Below are positions 49,792 through 59,964 of a stretch of DNA of 64,000 nucleotides, in pieces (the stretch's first letter is position 1; each line of letters opens with the position of its first letter). The translations under genes and the position numbers were made by a program. This stretch comes from an uncultured archaeon (GTDB lineage: Archaea; Altiarchaeota; Altiarchaeia; JAFGQM01). The notes below the pieces were generated by a model, which ran no database searches, was not told the origin of the DNA, and worked only from the letters and a program-made list of their open reading frames with translations. The DNA lies in assembly GCA_964592405.1 (NCBI GenBank), contig CAZQBY010000005.1:1-64000 (forward strand). Reading direction: 5' to 3'.

Positions 49792-50544
49792 TCACATACC
49801 CTCTTCATAAAACCTTCTAAATGTAATTCCAAGCTCCCTGGAATCCTTTCCTTCTTTCCACTGCTTTTTGCGCTTCAGTTCTTCTATCCTCTCTCTTAGG
49901 GTCTGTCCAACCTGTATTAGGAATTTTTGTCTTACCCTGTATGGATAGTGCGGTTCCCTCTCCATCATCAATTCCATGAGGGCTGCTGGATAGGGATCTG
50001 CGAGATATTTTCGGCCACCCCATTCGAACATAACCAGAGAGTGCGGGGTATTGACATCCGATATGGTGCGCACATGCCTGACTCCTTTGGCTCCCTTGGC
50101 CTTTAGGGCGGCTATCAGGGCATCACACCCACTCTTACATCCCCATGCCGGATAAGGTTCTGTTCCCCTAGACCTTATGAATGGTGCAGGTATCCTCCCT
50201 GTTGTAAAGATATCATGTGCAGTTTGGTTATCATATACATGTTTTAGGACAGCCCTGTTTTTCTCCGGCGTGTAAAACCCACGAATCGATTCGATCATAC
50301 GATGGATTCCATCAATACTGTCTGGGAAGCTTCTTGCAAATTCCCTAACAGCACCGGTTACTCTTGTGGGATTCGTCATGCTCCTCAATAAACGTCTCCG
50401 CCCCTTTCCAGTTTTCTTAATAGCCCTCTCAGCTATATATTTTCGGCGGTATTGTGAGAAATAAGTGGAATACATCCTCTGGCGCTCATCTTTGCTCAGC
50501 GACAGTCTTCTCCTCCGCTTCTCCGGTTTCTTCTGAGGTGTCAT
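49792..50544 (-). CDS. Hypothetical basic protein with transglutaminase-like Cys-His-Asp pattern
   Basis: WGCKSGCDALIAAL..PHSLV..YLADP. Confidence 0.55.
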   Translation of the reverse strand: MTPQKKPEKRRRRLSLSKDERQRMYSTYFSQYRRKYIAERAIKKTGKGRRRLLRSMTNPTRVTGAVREFARSFPDSIDGIHRMIESIRGFYTPEKNRAVLKHVYDNQTAHDIFTTGRIPAPFIRSRGTEPYPAWGCKSGCDALIAALKAKGAKGVRHVRTISDVNTPHSLVMFEWGGRKYLADPYPAALMELMMEREPHYPYRVRQKFLIQVGQTLRERIEELKRKKQWKEGKDSRELGITFRRFYEEGM

Positions 50545-50559
50545 TTCCTCTCACTATTT

Positions 50560-52875
50560 TCACCAGTCTGACAAGGACATCTGTCTGCCCATCCCCTTCA
50601 GCTCCTCCTCCTGATAGCCAAGTGCCTCCAATATGCGCATGACTGCTGGCAGGACCTGATTGTTGATGTAGTACTCGGCGTCGTAGTCGTTCTCGTCAAC
50701 GAAGGCCAGCATCTCTGCCTTGTCGCTTATGGAAGAACCTTTTTTGGTTATGATGTACTGGATAACATCGCCCACCTGGACTTTTTTACCCCTTTTCTGG
50801 GCCTTTTTCGCTGCCATGACATGGGGGCCTATATTCTCATAGTCACCCAAAGAGCGTGTCAGTTGGGTGTGGATTATAAGATCCTTCAGGGGGACCCGGC
50901 CCTCCCGCAATTCCTGAACAACGCCCTTCACAATCTCCGCTGCCTTTTGCGGATTATTTTCCCACAGGATTGTGTTGAGGACGCGCTCCTGTGTCCTCTT
51001 GGCTATGGGGGCCCAGTCACGGCGCCTGGTTTCCAGCCCCCTCACCATCAGGCGCTTGTTGGAATCTATCAGTGCATACCTCTTTTTTGTTACAAAAACC
51101 CCCCTTGGATAATAACCCTCAAACTCCAGCTCCATGGCGGGCGGTAGTTTGCTGTTTATTTTTCTCAGGAAATCGTTTTTCATCTGTTCTAGTTTCTTTC
51201 TCACCGGAAGGCCTGGTATGGAAATCATCAGACTGTCGGTATCTCCATACACAACATTATAGCCTTCCTTTTCCGCTGTCTTTATTGTATCCTTTATGTA
51301 TTCTCTGCCCCATGCAGCAACCGAGCTGGCACACTCATTGTTATACCATCTTGCACGGGAGAAACCCATATATCCGTAAGCACTGTTGGCCAGAATCTTC
51401 AATGCCTGCTGCCGGGCGTCCAGACTCTTTATCCTTGTCTCGTCGCCCTTTGCTTCAATAAGCTTCTTCAGTTCAAGTTTGACCTTGGCCCGGCTTTTTA
51501 GTATCCCCTCCAAGAGCTCTGGTATGAGGCCCTTTCGTTTCTTGCAGAACCTTGCACCGTTTGGAGACACATGGGCATCGTCCTTGCAGCACTCGCAGTT
51601 TATTGTTGAGGGATCAACATTATGTGCGATTATTATAGAGGGGTATAGCGACCGGAAATCAAAGACAAGGATGTTATCATGAATTCCCTTCTTTGGCTCA
51701 ACAACATAGGCTCCCTCATAGGTGTCCTTCTTCCGGCGGGCGTATTCCCTCTCATCCGGCTTTGACGGAACCAAAATCCCCTTGTCGTGCGCAATCTTCA
51801 TCAGGAGCCACTCAATGGCATTGCCAGTCCCCATACGGGATACCTCAAATATCGGTTGACGTATAAGCTGGGCCAGCTCATATTGTGTCGGCAGGACCTC
51901 CACAGCTATCCTCAGGCACGAATCCGCATCGGAAATAGCGTAATCAAAAACCATGTCAGTGTTCTCTCCCTTATCCCACCATTCACTTATCCTCTCAACA
52001 TCTATGTCCGGCTTTTCTTCGTCAAAGAGTGCCCGGTGGACATCCTCAAGTGTGTAGCGTGGCAAATGGAACATCCTGCGACAGATTGGGTAGAGGTCTA
52101 CATGCGGTCTTCCAGTAACGCGCGCTCCCATCTCCATGCCCCTGCGCTCCAGCTTGACTACGTAATCTGCAGCCCCCATGTTCAGGGGAATACCAAGGGC
52201 CTCTGAACACTCCTTCAATACAGGAAAATCAAAGTTGTCACCATTATAGGTAACTAGCAGGTCTATACCCTGCTTCCTTACAGTGTCTATGAGAGCCTGT
52301 ATTATGGCCTTCTCATCAGAAAGGTTTTCAACAATACTATTCTTTGAATCATACTTGTAGTTCCAGACTTTCCGAAGACCTGTACTGTCCGAGTAACTTA
52401 TGACTATTGGCCGGGTTTTTCCTCCACTCTGGACGGTTTCAATATCAAAGGCAGCTATCCTGAGAAGATCATTACGCGCCCCCTTCATCGGAACCAGATC
52501 TGAATCTATGATATACCTCTGGACAAAACGTATGTCGTCCTCCCGCGTCTCAAGACAGTTTTTGAGTTCTGATATGCTGCCACGTATCTGTGGAACATTC
52601 CGCGGATGCCCAACGACTATTCTAATCACATCCACCTCATTTGTGATATCTGTCTTCCTGACTATCTCTGCCTTTTTGATCTGCGGAAAACCGGCAGATT
52701 CTATTTCCCTGAGAAGGTCCTGCACGCTGGTCTTGGGCAGAGCAAAAAAATAGGGCTCAAAGCCCTGCACCTCTTTTATCTCCTTATCTCCACCTCTTTT
52801 TGAAGAGGGGTAAAAGAGCTCAATGACTGCCTTATCATCTTCAGTCTTGTATGCCGCATCGAGAAGGATGTCCAT
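50560..52875 (-). CDS. polB: Family B DNA polymerase (archaeal B3-like)
   Basis: FDIET, YNGDNFDF, DFRSLYPSII, KILANSAYGY, YGDTDS; no intein. Confidence 0.96.
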   Translation of the reverse strand: MDILLDAAYKTEDDKAVIELFYPSSKRGGDKEIKEVQGFEPYFFALPKTSVQDLLREIESAGFPQIKKAEIVRKTDITNEVDVIRIVVGHPRNVPQIRGSISELKNCLETREDDIRFVQRYIIDSDLVPMKGARNDLLRIAAFDIETVQSGGKTRPIVISYSDSTGLRKVWNYKYDSKNSIVENLSDEKAIIQALIDTVRKQGIDLLVTYNGDNFDFPVLKECSEALGIPLNMGAADYVVKLERRGMEMGARVTGRPHVDLYPICRRMFHLPRYTLEDVHRALFDEEKPDIDVERISEWWDKGENTDMVFDYAISDADSCLRIAVEVLPTQYELAQLIRQPIFEVSRMGTGNAIEWLLMKIAHDKGILVPSKPDEREYARRKKDTYEGAYVVEPKKGIHDNILVFDFRSLYPSIIIAHNVDPSTINCECCKDDAHVSPNGARFCKKRKGLIPELLEGILKSRAKVKLELKKLIEAKGDETRIKSLDARQQALKILANSAYGYMGFSRARWYNNECASSVAAWGREYIKDTIKTAEKEGYNVVYGDTDSLMISIPGLPVRKKLEQMKNDFLRKINSKLPPAMELEFEGYYPRGVFVTKKRYALIDSNKRLMVRGLETRRRDWAPIAKRTQERVLNTILWENNPQKAAEIVKGVVQELREGRVPLKDLIIHTQLTRSLGDYENIGPHVMAAKKAQKRGKKVQVGDVIQYIITKKGSSISDKAEMLAFVDENDYDAEYYINNQVLPAVMRILEALGYQEEELKGMGRQMSLSDW

Positions 52876-52979
52876 TTAAGGCCTTAGGATAAAGATTTTT
52901 AATAACTTTACAACAGGATTAATATATACCACAACCACCGCTCTTGCCTTTTTATTTCACATAATATAAAAGAAGTGGA

Positions 52980-53297
52980 ATGAGCAGACGGGAGCATGGT
53001 GAGAAAAGAGAAGAGCGCAGACCTAAGGGGAAAAAGGGTGAACTGCAACGGCAGCTGGAGCTTGTTAGCAGTCTTGTCGAGCAGGTCAGGGCCATGGACT
53101 CGGAAATCGACCTTATAAAACAAAAAATCAACCTCATAATCAGAGAGATAAAAATCCTCAAACGGGCCGTCCTCGTGGAAAAAAAGGAGATCAAGGAGCT
53201 GAAAGTTGAAGAAGAGAAGGACAAGAGCCGGTTTGAGAGTATTCTTGGCATACTCAGGGGTTCAAAAGAGGGGGAAGAAGGGTCGGAAACCCCGTAA
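52980..53297 (+). CDS. Hypothetical coiled-coil protein
   Basis: Charged heptad-like 105-aa ORF filling the gap. Confidence 0.55.
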   Translation: MSRREHGEKREERRPKGKKGELQRQLELVSSLVEQVRAMDSEIDLIKQKINLIIREIKILKRAVLVEKKEIKELKVEEEKDKSRFESILGILRGSKEGEEGSETP

Positions 53298-53304
53298 CGG
53301 GCAA

Positions 53305-54468
53305 TCAAACTATCCTAATCTCTGCCGTTTCACCTATGAATTTTCTCTGTTTCCCATCGATCTCATAGGATATGGTAGCGCCCCTGACTTTTAATCTCCA
53401 TCCAGCGTCAAGTGGTGGAATTTTCAGCGAGTAGGTTATAAACACTCGTCCACCGACATCAAGATCAAACTCCCACGTCAGGTTGTTGTCGGAGATGCTG
53501 ACTGGTTTTGGGGAAAACTCTGATGGAGATAACGCCTTTGGAGGAGAATCAAATACCATGACAGAAATTGGCGACTTTTCTATATTTGATACTATGATTG
53601 TGCGCTCAAGCTCATTTGTCTTTCCATGAACGGCAGTATCGCTGGATAAAAAGGATTTTATGGCAGACCTGCCGAACTGTGACCGAAAATATATCAGCAG
53701 GCCTATTATCAGTACCAGGGGCCCAAGTATAAGGGCTAATTTTACCGGCTCGAGGAGGCTGCTCTTCAAATCTTTTGCCCGCGCGATTAACCGGAATGCT
53801 TCATCCGCAGTTTTATGGGCCTCTGCCAATGCGGGGCTGTTCTCATCAGGTTTTAAAGAGGGTATTTCTTCAGAGGCATCAACATAGAGGCTCCTTGCGA
53901 TTTTGAATTTCTCCCTTGCATTATCTAGCATAGACAACATACTCGGCGTTACCTGCGATGTCCGCTCTATTAGATCCTTCAGGTTTTCCACACCCGTAAC
54001 ACAAACTGAGGAGATGGATGCCGGAAGGAGAAGCACCTTATCATATACCTCTTCCAGCAGGGAATCTGCACTTTCGTAGTCCTGCCTTTCATAGGCTGCC
54101 TCTGAATCCGAGATTTTCTGGAGCAACGGCTCAATTTCAGCTTCTGCCTGCTCCACAGCGCGCGATTCCAGATTGGTTCTCATCTGCCCGATCAGATATT
54201 CCGACTCATCAAGAGATAAGCGAAGATCTGAGTATTTCCTTAGAAATCGCATCTGTGGAGTTGAGAGCTGATCCCTAAGGGCATCGAGCTCCTTGGTTAT
54301 CGAGATTATTGTCTCAATATCCTTATTGGCACGTGCCAAATCGAGCTCCGCCTCCTTCTGGGTCATCTGTGATACCAACAGGGAGTAGGAGGATGTATCT
54401 ATCGAGGAGGCAGAAGCCTGGAGTAGCATCACGAGCAGTAGGGCCGACAGGAATATTTTCCCAACCAT
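53305..54468 (-). CDS. Hypothetical type-I membrane protein (signal peptide, helical domain, TM, beta-rich C-domain)
   Basis: N-terminal hydrophobic signal; internal TM LALILGPLVLIIGLLIYF. Confidence 0.65.
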   Translation of the reverse strand: MVGKIFLSALLLVMLLQASASSIDTSSYSLLVSQMTQKEAELDLARANKDIETIISITKELDALRDQLSTPQMRFLRKYSDLRLSLDESEYLIGQMRTNLESRAVEQAEAEIEPLLQKISDSEAAYERQDYESADSLLEEVYDKVLLLPASISSVCVTGVENLKDLIERTSQVTPSMLSMLDNAREKFKIARSLYVDASEEIPSLKPDENSPALAEAHKTADEAFRLIARAKDLKSSLLEPVKLALILGPLVLIIGLLIYFRSQFGRSAIKSFLSSDTAVHGKTNELERTIIVSNIEKSPISVMVFDSPPKALSPSEFSPKPVSISDNNLTWEFDLDVGGRVFITYSLKIPPLDAGWRLKVRGATISYEIDGKQRKFIGETAEIRIV

Positions 54469-54523
54469 TTTATTTTTATAGGGTCGCCATTAATTTAAAC
54501 AGCCCTAAATTAAAACAAGTGAG

Positions 54524-55030
54524 ATGACCGGCCATGAGAGCGTCAGACATCTGGAGTGGTTTGACCATATGCTTGAGAGCACATTCACCATTGTTGCAGT
54601 AATACTCTTTATAATATCCATTAGCCTTCTGATTCTTGGTCTGATAGAGCTGGTAAGGGGTTGGAACATTATGTTCGGCAGTCCTGCACTGGATCTCCTT
54701 GAGGAGACTCCATCAAGTGTATTGATAACCGGACTTGGTATGATTGTCATAGGGATAGCAGTACTTGACCTCACAAAATCCATACTGGACGAGAAGAGGG
54801 CTCAAACAAGGCAGAAGAATGCACAGGAAAGAGCCCGGGATTTCCTTACCCGTTTTCTGCCAGTAATAATCTTCGCTATTTCAGCAGAAATCTTTGTAAG
54901 GATTGCTCAGGTAAGTTCAACAGTCCAGTCGGGCCTCTTCTTGGAGATGGCAATTGTGGGAATTGCCGTCGGGGTTATGCTGGGGGGGCTTGCGATATAT
55001 CTTAGGATGACTGCAGCAGAGGGAAAGTAG
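54524..55030 (+). CDS. Hypothetical 4-TM membrane protein
   Basis: Four hydrophobic segments. Confidence 0.65.
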   Translation: MTGHESVRHLEWFDHMLESTFTIVAVILFIISISLLILGLIELVRGWNIMFGSPALDLLEETPSSVLITGLGMIVIGIAVLDLTKSILDEKRAQTRQKNAQERARDFLTRFLPVIIFAISAEIFVRIAQVSSTVQSGLFLEMAIVGIAVGVMLGGLAIYLRMTAAEGK

Positions 55031-55087
55031 GCAGCAGGAGAGAAGCGGCTAGACTTCCCTTTCCAGCCGTATACCTCAGTTCTTAGA

Positions 55088-56254
55088 TTATGCGGCTCTG
55101 GCAGCCCCCCATCTCACAAGCAGGCTTGAGAACAGGGCCGGAATTATGAATTTGAAGACTATACTCGATGCCACAATTACCGAGTATAGTCCCACACCCA
55201 CCAAACCATTGTCAAAGAGTATCCTGATAATTATTATACTGGTGCTGAACCGCACGGATATCCCAATCCCCAGCAGAATGGAGTGCTTTGTTCCCAGTTC
55301 CTTTCTCCCAATAATCCAGCTTCCTAGGATCTTGGTTCCATTGGATACAAGGACAATCAGAAGTATGAGAAGCGGATAAGAAGCAAGATATCTTATATCC
55401 ATGGTCGCTCCGATCCAGAGGAAGAATATGGGGGCAAAAAAGCCATAGCACATGGTTTTGACTTCGCTTTCTATCATATTCAGCCTCTTGGGGGGTATGA
55501 AGGTTTTGAGGGCGATACCAGAGATGAGGGCAGCAACGGGGGTTGCATATGCGTATTCACCAACCGCCAGAAACAGAAACAGAATGAAGAGCACAAACAG
55601 AAATGTGCTTTCAATATCCGAGAAGGCAAATCTTCTGCCTTCCTTTTTTAGTTTGGTCAGGCCAAAGGCCAAAGCGAAGAGTGTGAGAAGGGAAGCCAGT
55701 ACTGCCACTATGCTTAAATGTGGTACCGAGGCACTGGACCCTATAACAACCATCAGACACACCAGCAGTATTATTTCAATCACATCATCCAGAATTCCAA
55801 TTCCAATTATGCTTTGTCCAAGTTTTGTGTTGATTATCCTGAATTCATCCAGAATAGGAATCAGGACTGCTTCACCAACCGTAGCAAAGGAGGTGGCCAC
55901 GATAATGGAAATAATCCAATCATAGCCAAAGACAAACCGGATCAGGAGACTTCCGAAAAAAGCCTCAAAAAGGATTACAAAAAAGGTTGCCCTGACTATA
56001 AACCATTCCCGCTTCTTTAACTCCTTCAGATCCAGTTCAAATCCTATGACGAACAGCAGGAAATACATTCCAAGCTGGGCTAGGAAGAGAAAAGTGGGGG
56101 AGGAGGTAACTTCTATAAACGGGTTATGGACAGCAAGCAGGGCACCAAAGATGAGCGCTGCGAATACCCACGGCATGCGTATACGCTCCATCAGCCTCCC
56201 AACTATGAAAGTAAACAGGAAGGCAATACTCAGGAACAGGAACAGATTAATCAT
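55088..56254 (-). CDS. Cation:proton antiporter (CPA2-like)
   Basis: About 12 TM; FLLFVIGFELD, GILDD, FFAPIFFLWIG. Confidence 0.85.
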   Translation of the reverse strand: MINLFLFLSIAFLFTFIVGRLMERIRMPWVFAALIFGALLAVHNPFIEVTSSPTFLFLAQLGMYFLLFVIGFELDLKELKKREWFIVRATFFVILFEAFFGSLLIRFVFGYDWIISIIVATSFATVGEAVLIPILDEFRIINTKLGQSIIGIGILDDVIEIILLVCLMVVIGSSASVPHLSIVAVLASLLTLFALAFGLTKLKKEGRRFAFSDIESTFLFVLFILFLFLAVGEYAYATPVAALISGIALKTFIPPKRLNMIESEVKTMCYGFFAPIFFLWIGATMDIRYLASYPLLILLIVLVSNGTKILGSWIIGRKELGTKHSILLGIGISVRFSTSIIIIRILFDNGLVGVGLYSVIVASSIVFKFIIPALFSSLLVRWGAARAA

Positions 56255-56328
56255 GGTATTTATATGCAGAATCTAACCTAAGTATCTATATCTACATCCG
56301 AGGTTATATAAAGTTTTACGGGTAGCTC

Positions 56329-57297
56329 CTATGTGGACTCCAAAAGCGCAACCCTGCTTTCCTCCTTTGTGTCCTTCAGCCTAAACCCCGTCAGTTCCCC
56401 GAGCCTCACGGCCGTCTCTGTTATCTCCTTCTGCGAGAGCATATTGTCCAAAGTTAGCCGTCTCCGGGAATAGCCAACACACATATAGGACTTCACTTCC
56501 ACATAATCCGGATCCGCCTTTTTTATTAGTTCTGCGAACTTTGGGAGGAATTTCGGATTGTCATTCCAGCCGCGGACCATGGTTACGCGTATCACGCGTC
56601 TGCACCTGAAAAGCGGGAATATGTCTATGCTCTCATTGAGGCGCTCCCAGCCATCGGGGATAAGGGGGCGGTTGAGCTGTTTGTAAAGGCTCTTGGTTGG
56701 GGCCTCAAGACTCAGGTATAGTTGTGTCGGCTCCTTGCTGAGCTCCTTTAGCCTGTCTGGAAATGTCCCATTTGTGACAAGGAAAGTGGAAGTAAAATCA
56801 TGTTTGTGAAAACTCTCGATAAGCTCTCCAATCTGCGGATATATGGTGGGCTCACCAGCTAGGCTGATGGCTGCGTGGTTTGGATATTGTGCCTCTTTCC
56901 ACTTCTTCTGATCCACACGGTCCTTCAGCCCGCCATAACCGCTCAGGAGAAGGCGCTGCGCCCTGACAGATTCCTCCACTATGAAATCCGGGTCATCCCA
57001 CTCCCTGAGCTCTGTTCCGATTGTCCACTCTACCGGGCGCCAGCAGAAGACGCACTTTTGCGTGCAGTATGCAACAGCCGGTGTCATCTGAAGACAGCGG
57101 TGGGACCTGATGCCATAGAACTTCTCCTTGTAGCAGTAGTCTCTATTCATAAGGCTCCTTCTGAGCCACTCACAGGTCTTCACAGCCGAATGCCTGCCCA
57201 CGAGGTGATAGTGTTGCTTCACCAGAAGCTTCCGCAATTCCTCCGGGAGTATCGGTTCTTTGGTTCCGGACTTCCCGCCCTCTTCCTCAGAAGCCAT
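56329..57297 (-). CDS. taw1: 4-demethylwyosine synthase (radical SAM, TYW1/Taw1)
   Basis: HSAVKTCEW, CYKEKFYGIRSHRCLQMTP, CTQKCVFCWR, ISLAGEPT. Confidence 0.95.
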   Translation of the reverse strand: MASEEEGGKSGTKEPILPEELRKLLVKQHYHLVGRHSAVKTCEWLRRSLMNRDYCYKEKFYGIRSHRCLQMTPAVAYCTQKCVFCWRPVEWTIGTELREWDDPDFIVEESVRAQRLLLSGYGGLKDRVDQKKWKEAQYPNHAAISLAGEPTIYPQIGELIESFHKHDFTSTFLVTNGTFPDRLKELSKEPTQLYLSLEAPTKSLYKQLNRPLIPDGWERLNESIDIFPLFRCRRVIRVTMVRGWNDNPKFLPKFAELIKKADPDYVEVKSYMCVGYSRRRLTLDNMLSQKEITETAVRLGELTGFRLKDTKEESRVALLEST

Positions 57298-57423
57298 AGG
57301 CTGTAATCTGAAACTGCTGACAGAAAAATGGCTTTTTTAGGGACATAAAATCTGTCCGAAAACCATCATGTTTTTATACTTTAAGGCGTTAACAATTCCG
57401 GTTTATTCTTTTAACTGACTAAA

Positions 57424-57735
57424 ATGGCAAGATTTGTTGTTGCGAGGCAGTTGGGCGGTAAACGGGCCATTACGACCACCGGGAAGGAGATAGGCAGAAT
57501 TGACGACATAATAGTTGATGAGGCCACCGGCGAGATGGAGAGTATTATTATAGAACCGGACTCAGAAACAGCAGAAGATGTCAGGTTCCCAAAGGACAGC
57601 AGGGGCGACTTTGTAATACCTTTCAAGGCCGTGAGGGCAATTAGCGATGTGGTTGTTGTTGAGGAGGCCCCAGCGCCTGTCGGGCCCGCGGCTGCTCCGG
57701 CAGCACCCAGACACCACCACCACAGCTCTGCTTAA
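57424..57735 (+). CDS. PRC-barrel protein (CdpB-like) with Pro/Ala linker and His tail
   Basis: LGGKRAIT..GKEIGRIDDIIVDEATG..IPFKAVRAISDVVVV. Confidence 0.85.
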   Translation: MARFVVARQLGGKRAITTTGKEIGRIDDIIVDEATGEMESIIIEPDSETAEDVRFPKDSRGDFVIPFKAVRAISDVVVVEEAPAPVGPAAAPAAPRHHHHSSA

Positions 57736-57792
57736 GCTCCACTTTCTCCAGACCCGTTAAACTTGTCAGATTCCAAGTCCCTGTAGGATGGG

Positions 57793-58572
57793 TTAGGACC
57801 TATCTAATCTTTTCTTACCTTCTTCTTTCACTGCCCTGACCAATCTGTGCACCTTTCCTTTGACATCCTTCGCATTTTCTATGGCAGTCCCCACTTGGAC
57901 AGCGTCTGCGCCCGCCCTGATGTCGGTGCGCACCTGCTCCTCGGTCCGAATACCACCAGCAACAATATAGAAGGTCTTTGGGCTTATGACCGTGCTGACA
58001 GCCTTTACCATCTCTGCGGGAATAGGCCTTGGTGGGTTGGAGCCAGCATCCGTTAAGACAAACCTGAAGCCCATCATCTCAGCTGCCAGTGCAGTGGCGG
58101 CTGCAATCTTCGGCTTGCTCAGGGGTATGGGTTTTGCGTCACCCACCCATGAAACTGTCCCCCCATCACCAACAACCAGATATGCGACCGGCAGCGGTTC
58201 GATGCCTATCTTCCTGATGACAGGTGCTGCAAGAGTCTGTGCCTCTGTTATCCAGTAGGGGTTACGGGAGTTGAGCATGGACATAAAATATATAGAGTCG
58301 GCTTTGGCGGTCAGTGTTGCTATATTGCCGGGGAAGAGATTTACCGGAATATCAACAACCTCTTTGATCTTGGAAACGGTTTCGTCGAGTGCCCGGCCCT
58401 GAACACCTGTCGATCCCCCCACAACTATAAGATCGGCACCTGCTTCATAGGCGCTTGCAGCCACACCTGCAGCATCCTTCAGAGACTTGTAATCAAGAGG
58501 ATCGATGACCGCAAAGAACAGGGCACCATCCTCTCTCTTCTTGTCATTCAGATAATCCTCTACCTTCCCCAT
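57793..58572 (-). CDS. Geranylgeranylglyceryl-phosphate synthase
   Basis: IDP, VGGSTG, LFPG, SMLNSRNPYWI, DAGS, VAGGIR, GAD..VGT. Confidence 0.92.
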   Translation of the reverse strand: MGKVEDYLNDKKREDGALFFAVIDPLDYKSLKDAAGVAASAYEAGADLIVVGGSTGVQGRALDETVSKIKEVVDIPVNLFPGNIATLTAKADSIYFMSMLNSRNPYWITEAQTLAAPVIRKIGIEPLPVAYLVVGDGGTVSWVGDAKPIPLSKPKIAAATALAAEMMGFRFVLTDAGSNPPRPIPAEMVKAVSTVISPKTFYIVAGGIRTEEQVRTDIRAGADAVQVGTAIENAKDVKGKVHRLVRAVKEEGKKRLDRS

Positions 58573-58611
58573 CGCTCCTATATTTTAATACAAACCCATA
58601 AAAACCTACTG

Positions 58612-59886
58612 ATGGCAGATTTGTTGGTGAGGGGTGGGAAGATCGTCGGACCAACAACAATACTCGAGGCCAATTTGGTTATAGACGATGGCAGGATATC
58701 AAACATCACCAAGCAGGACGTCCCAGCAGATGAGACAGTGGATGCGCGCGGACTTTATGTCATCCCCGGTCTGATAGATGCACACGTACACTTTCGTGAC
58801 TTTGGGCAATCCTACAAGGCCGACTGGAAGAGTGAGTCACGTGCAGCCGCCGCTGGCGGCGTCACGACGGTCCTTGACATGCCCAACAACAAGCCCAGTA
58901 TAAATAATAACAGGCGCCTGGAAGAGAAGCGGGAGATTGCCAGTAAGAAAAGCATTGTCGACTTCGGTCTGTATTTTGGAGCAGAGAACAACAATTTAGA
59001 GGAGATAAAAAATCTGGAGAATATTGCCGGAGTCAAGTTTTTCTTGGGAAAGAGCACAGGTGATCTGCTCTTCAATGAGGAAAATCTGCCTCAATTCTTC
59101 AGGGTGCTTAAGGAGAGGGGCATGCTCGCTGCCTGCCACTGTGAAAAGCTCGCTCTCCTTGAGAAATACAGGAGAGATAATTTCAGATATTTCTCTGATG
59201 TGCGCCCGACAATATGTGAGAGCATGTCCATAAGGGATGTTATCCACAGCATGCATAACAACAGGGTACATATCTGCCATGTTACAAGTGATATGGGAGT
59301 AAGGGAGATTATCAAGGCAAAAAAACTAAACAGAAAGTTCAGTTGCGAGGTTACCCCACAACACCTCCTTCTCAGCAAGCTCGATGAGGCTGATGCCGGC
59401 AGTTATCTGAAAATGTATCCCCCTCTGCGCCCAAAGCCTGACCAGACAGCTCTCCGGCGCGCATTAAAAGCCGGTATAATCGATATGGTTGTCACAGATC
59501 ATGCACCCCATACTATTGAGGAGAAAGGAGAGGACTTCGACAAAGCCCCCGGCGGCGTTCCGGGAATAGAGACACGCCTGCCGCTAGTACTTGGCATTCT
59601 CGAACTTAGGGGGCTGGTCGAAACGTGTGCGCGCAGACCAGCCGAAATATTCCATATAGAGAGAAAGGGTATCCTGAGTGAGGGATATGATGCAGATTTT
59701 GTACTGCTGGATTTGAATAAAGAATACAGGATAAGGAATGATGCCCTTTTCACAAAATGCGGCTGGAGTCCCTTCAACGGCTGGACCGTCAGGGGAAAAG
59801 TTGAAGCAACATATGTAAGGGGGTCTCAGGTATTCGATGGGGAGCAACCCATAGAAAACAAGGGCTCTGAAGTCCGGTTCACCTAA
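58612..59886 (+). CDS. pyrC: Dihydroorotase
   Basis: PGLIDAHVHFRD, MPN, HCE, HICHV, KMYPPLR, TDHAPH; upstream of carAB. Confidence 0.88.
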   Translation: MADLLVRGGKIVGPTTILEANLVIDDGRISNITKQDVPADETVDARGLYVIPGLIDAHVHFRDFGQSYKADWKSESRAAAAGGVTTVLDMPNNKPSINNNRRLEEKREIASKKSIVDFGLYFGAENNNLEEIKNLENIAGVKFFLGKSTGDLLFNEENLPQFFRVLKERGMLAACHCEKLALLEKYRRDNFRYFSDVRPTICESMSIRDVIHSMHNNRVHICHVTSDMGVREIIKAKKLNRKFSCEVTPQHLLLSKLDEADAGSYLKMYPPLRPKPDQTALRRALKAGIIDMVVTDHAPHTIEEKGEDFDKAPGGVPGIETRLPLVLGILELRGLVETCARRPAEIFHIERKGILSEGYDADFVLLDLNKEYRIRNDALFTKCGWSPFNGWTVRGKVEATYVRGSQVFDGEQPIENKGSEVRFT

Positions 59887-59964
59887 ACCTTTTATATGCC
59901 AAATCTCTAAAATAAATAAATTCTCACCTTGTAGCGGAGACGCTGCATGTTGAGTGGGGGTTTG

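Noticed and set aside
50560-52875. Inteins in PolB, and likewise in Cdc6, GyrA/B and CDC48
   Set aside because: Lengths and motif spacing are normal, with no intein terminal signatures seen
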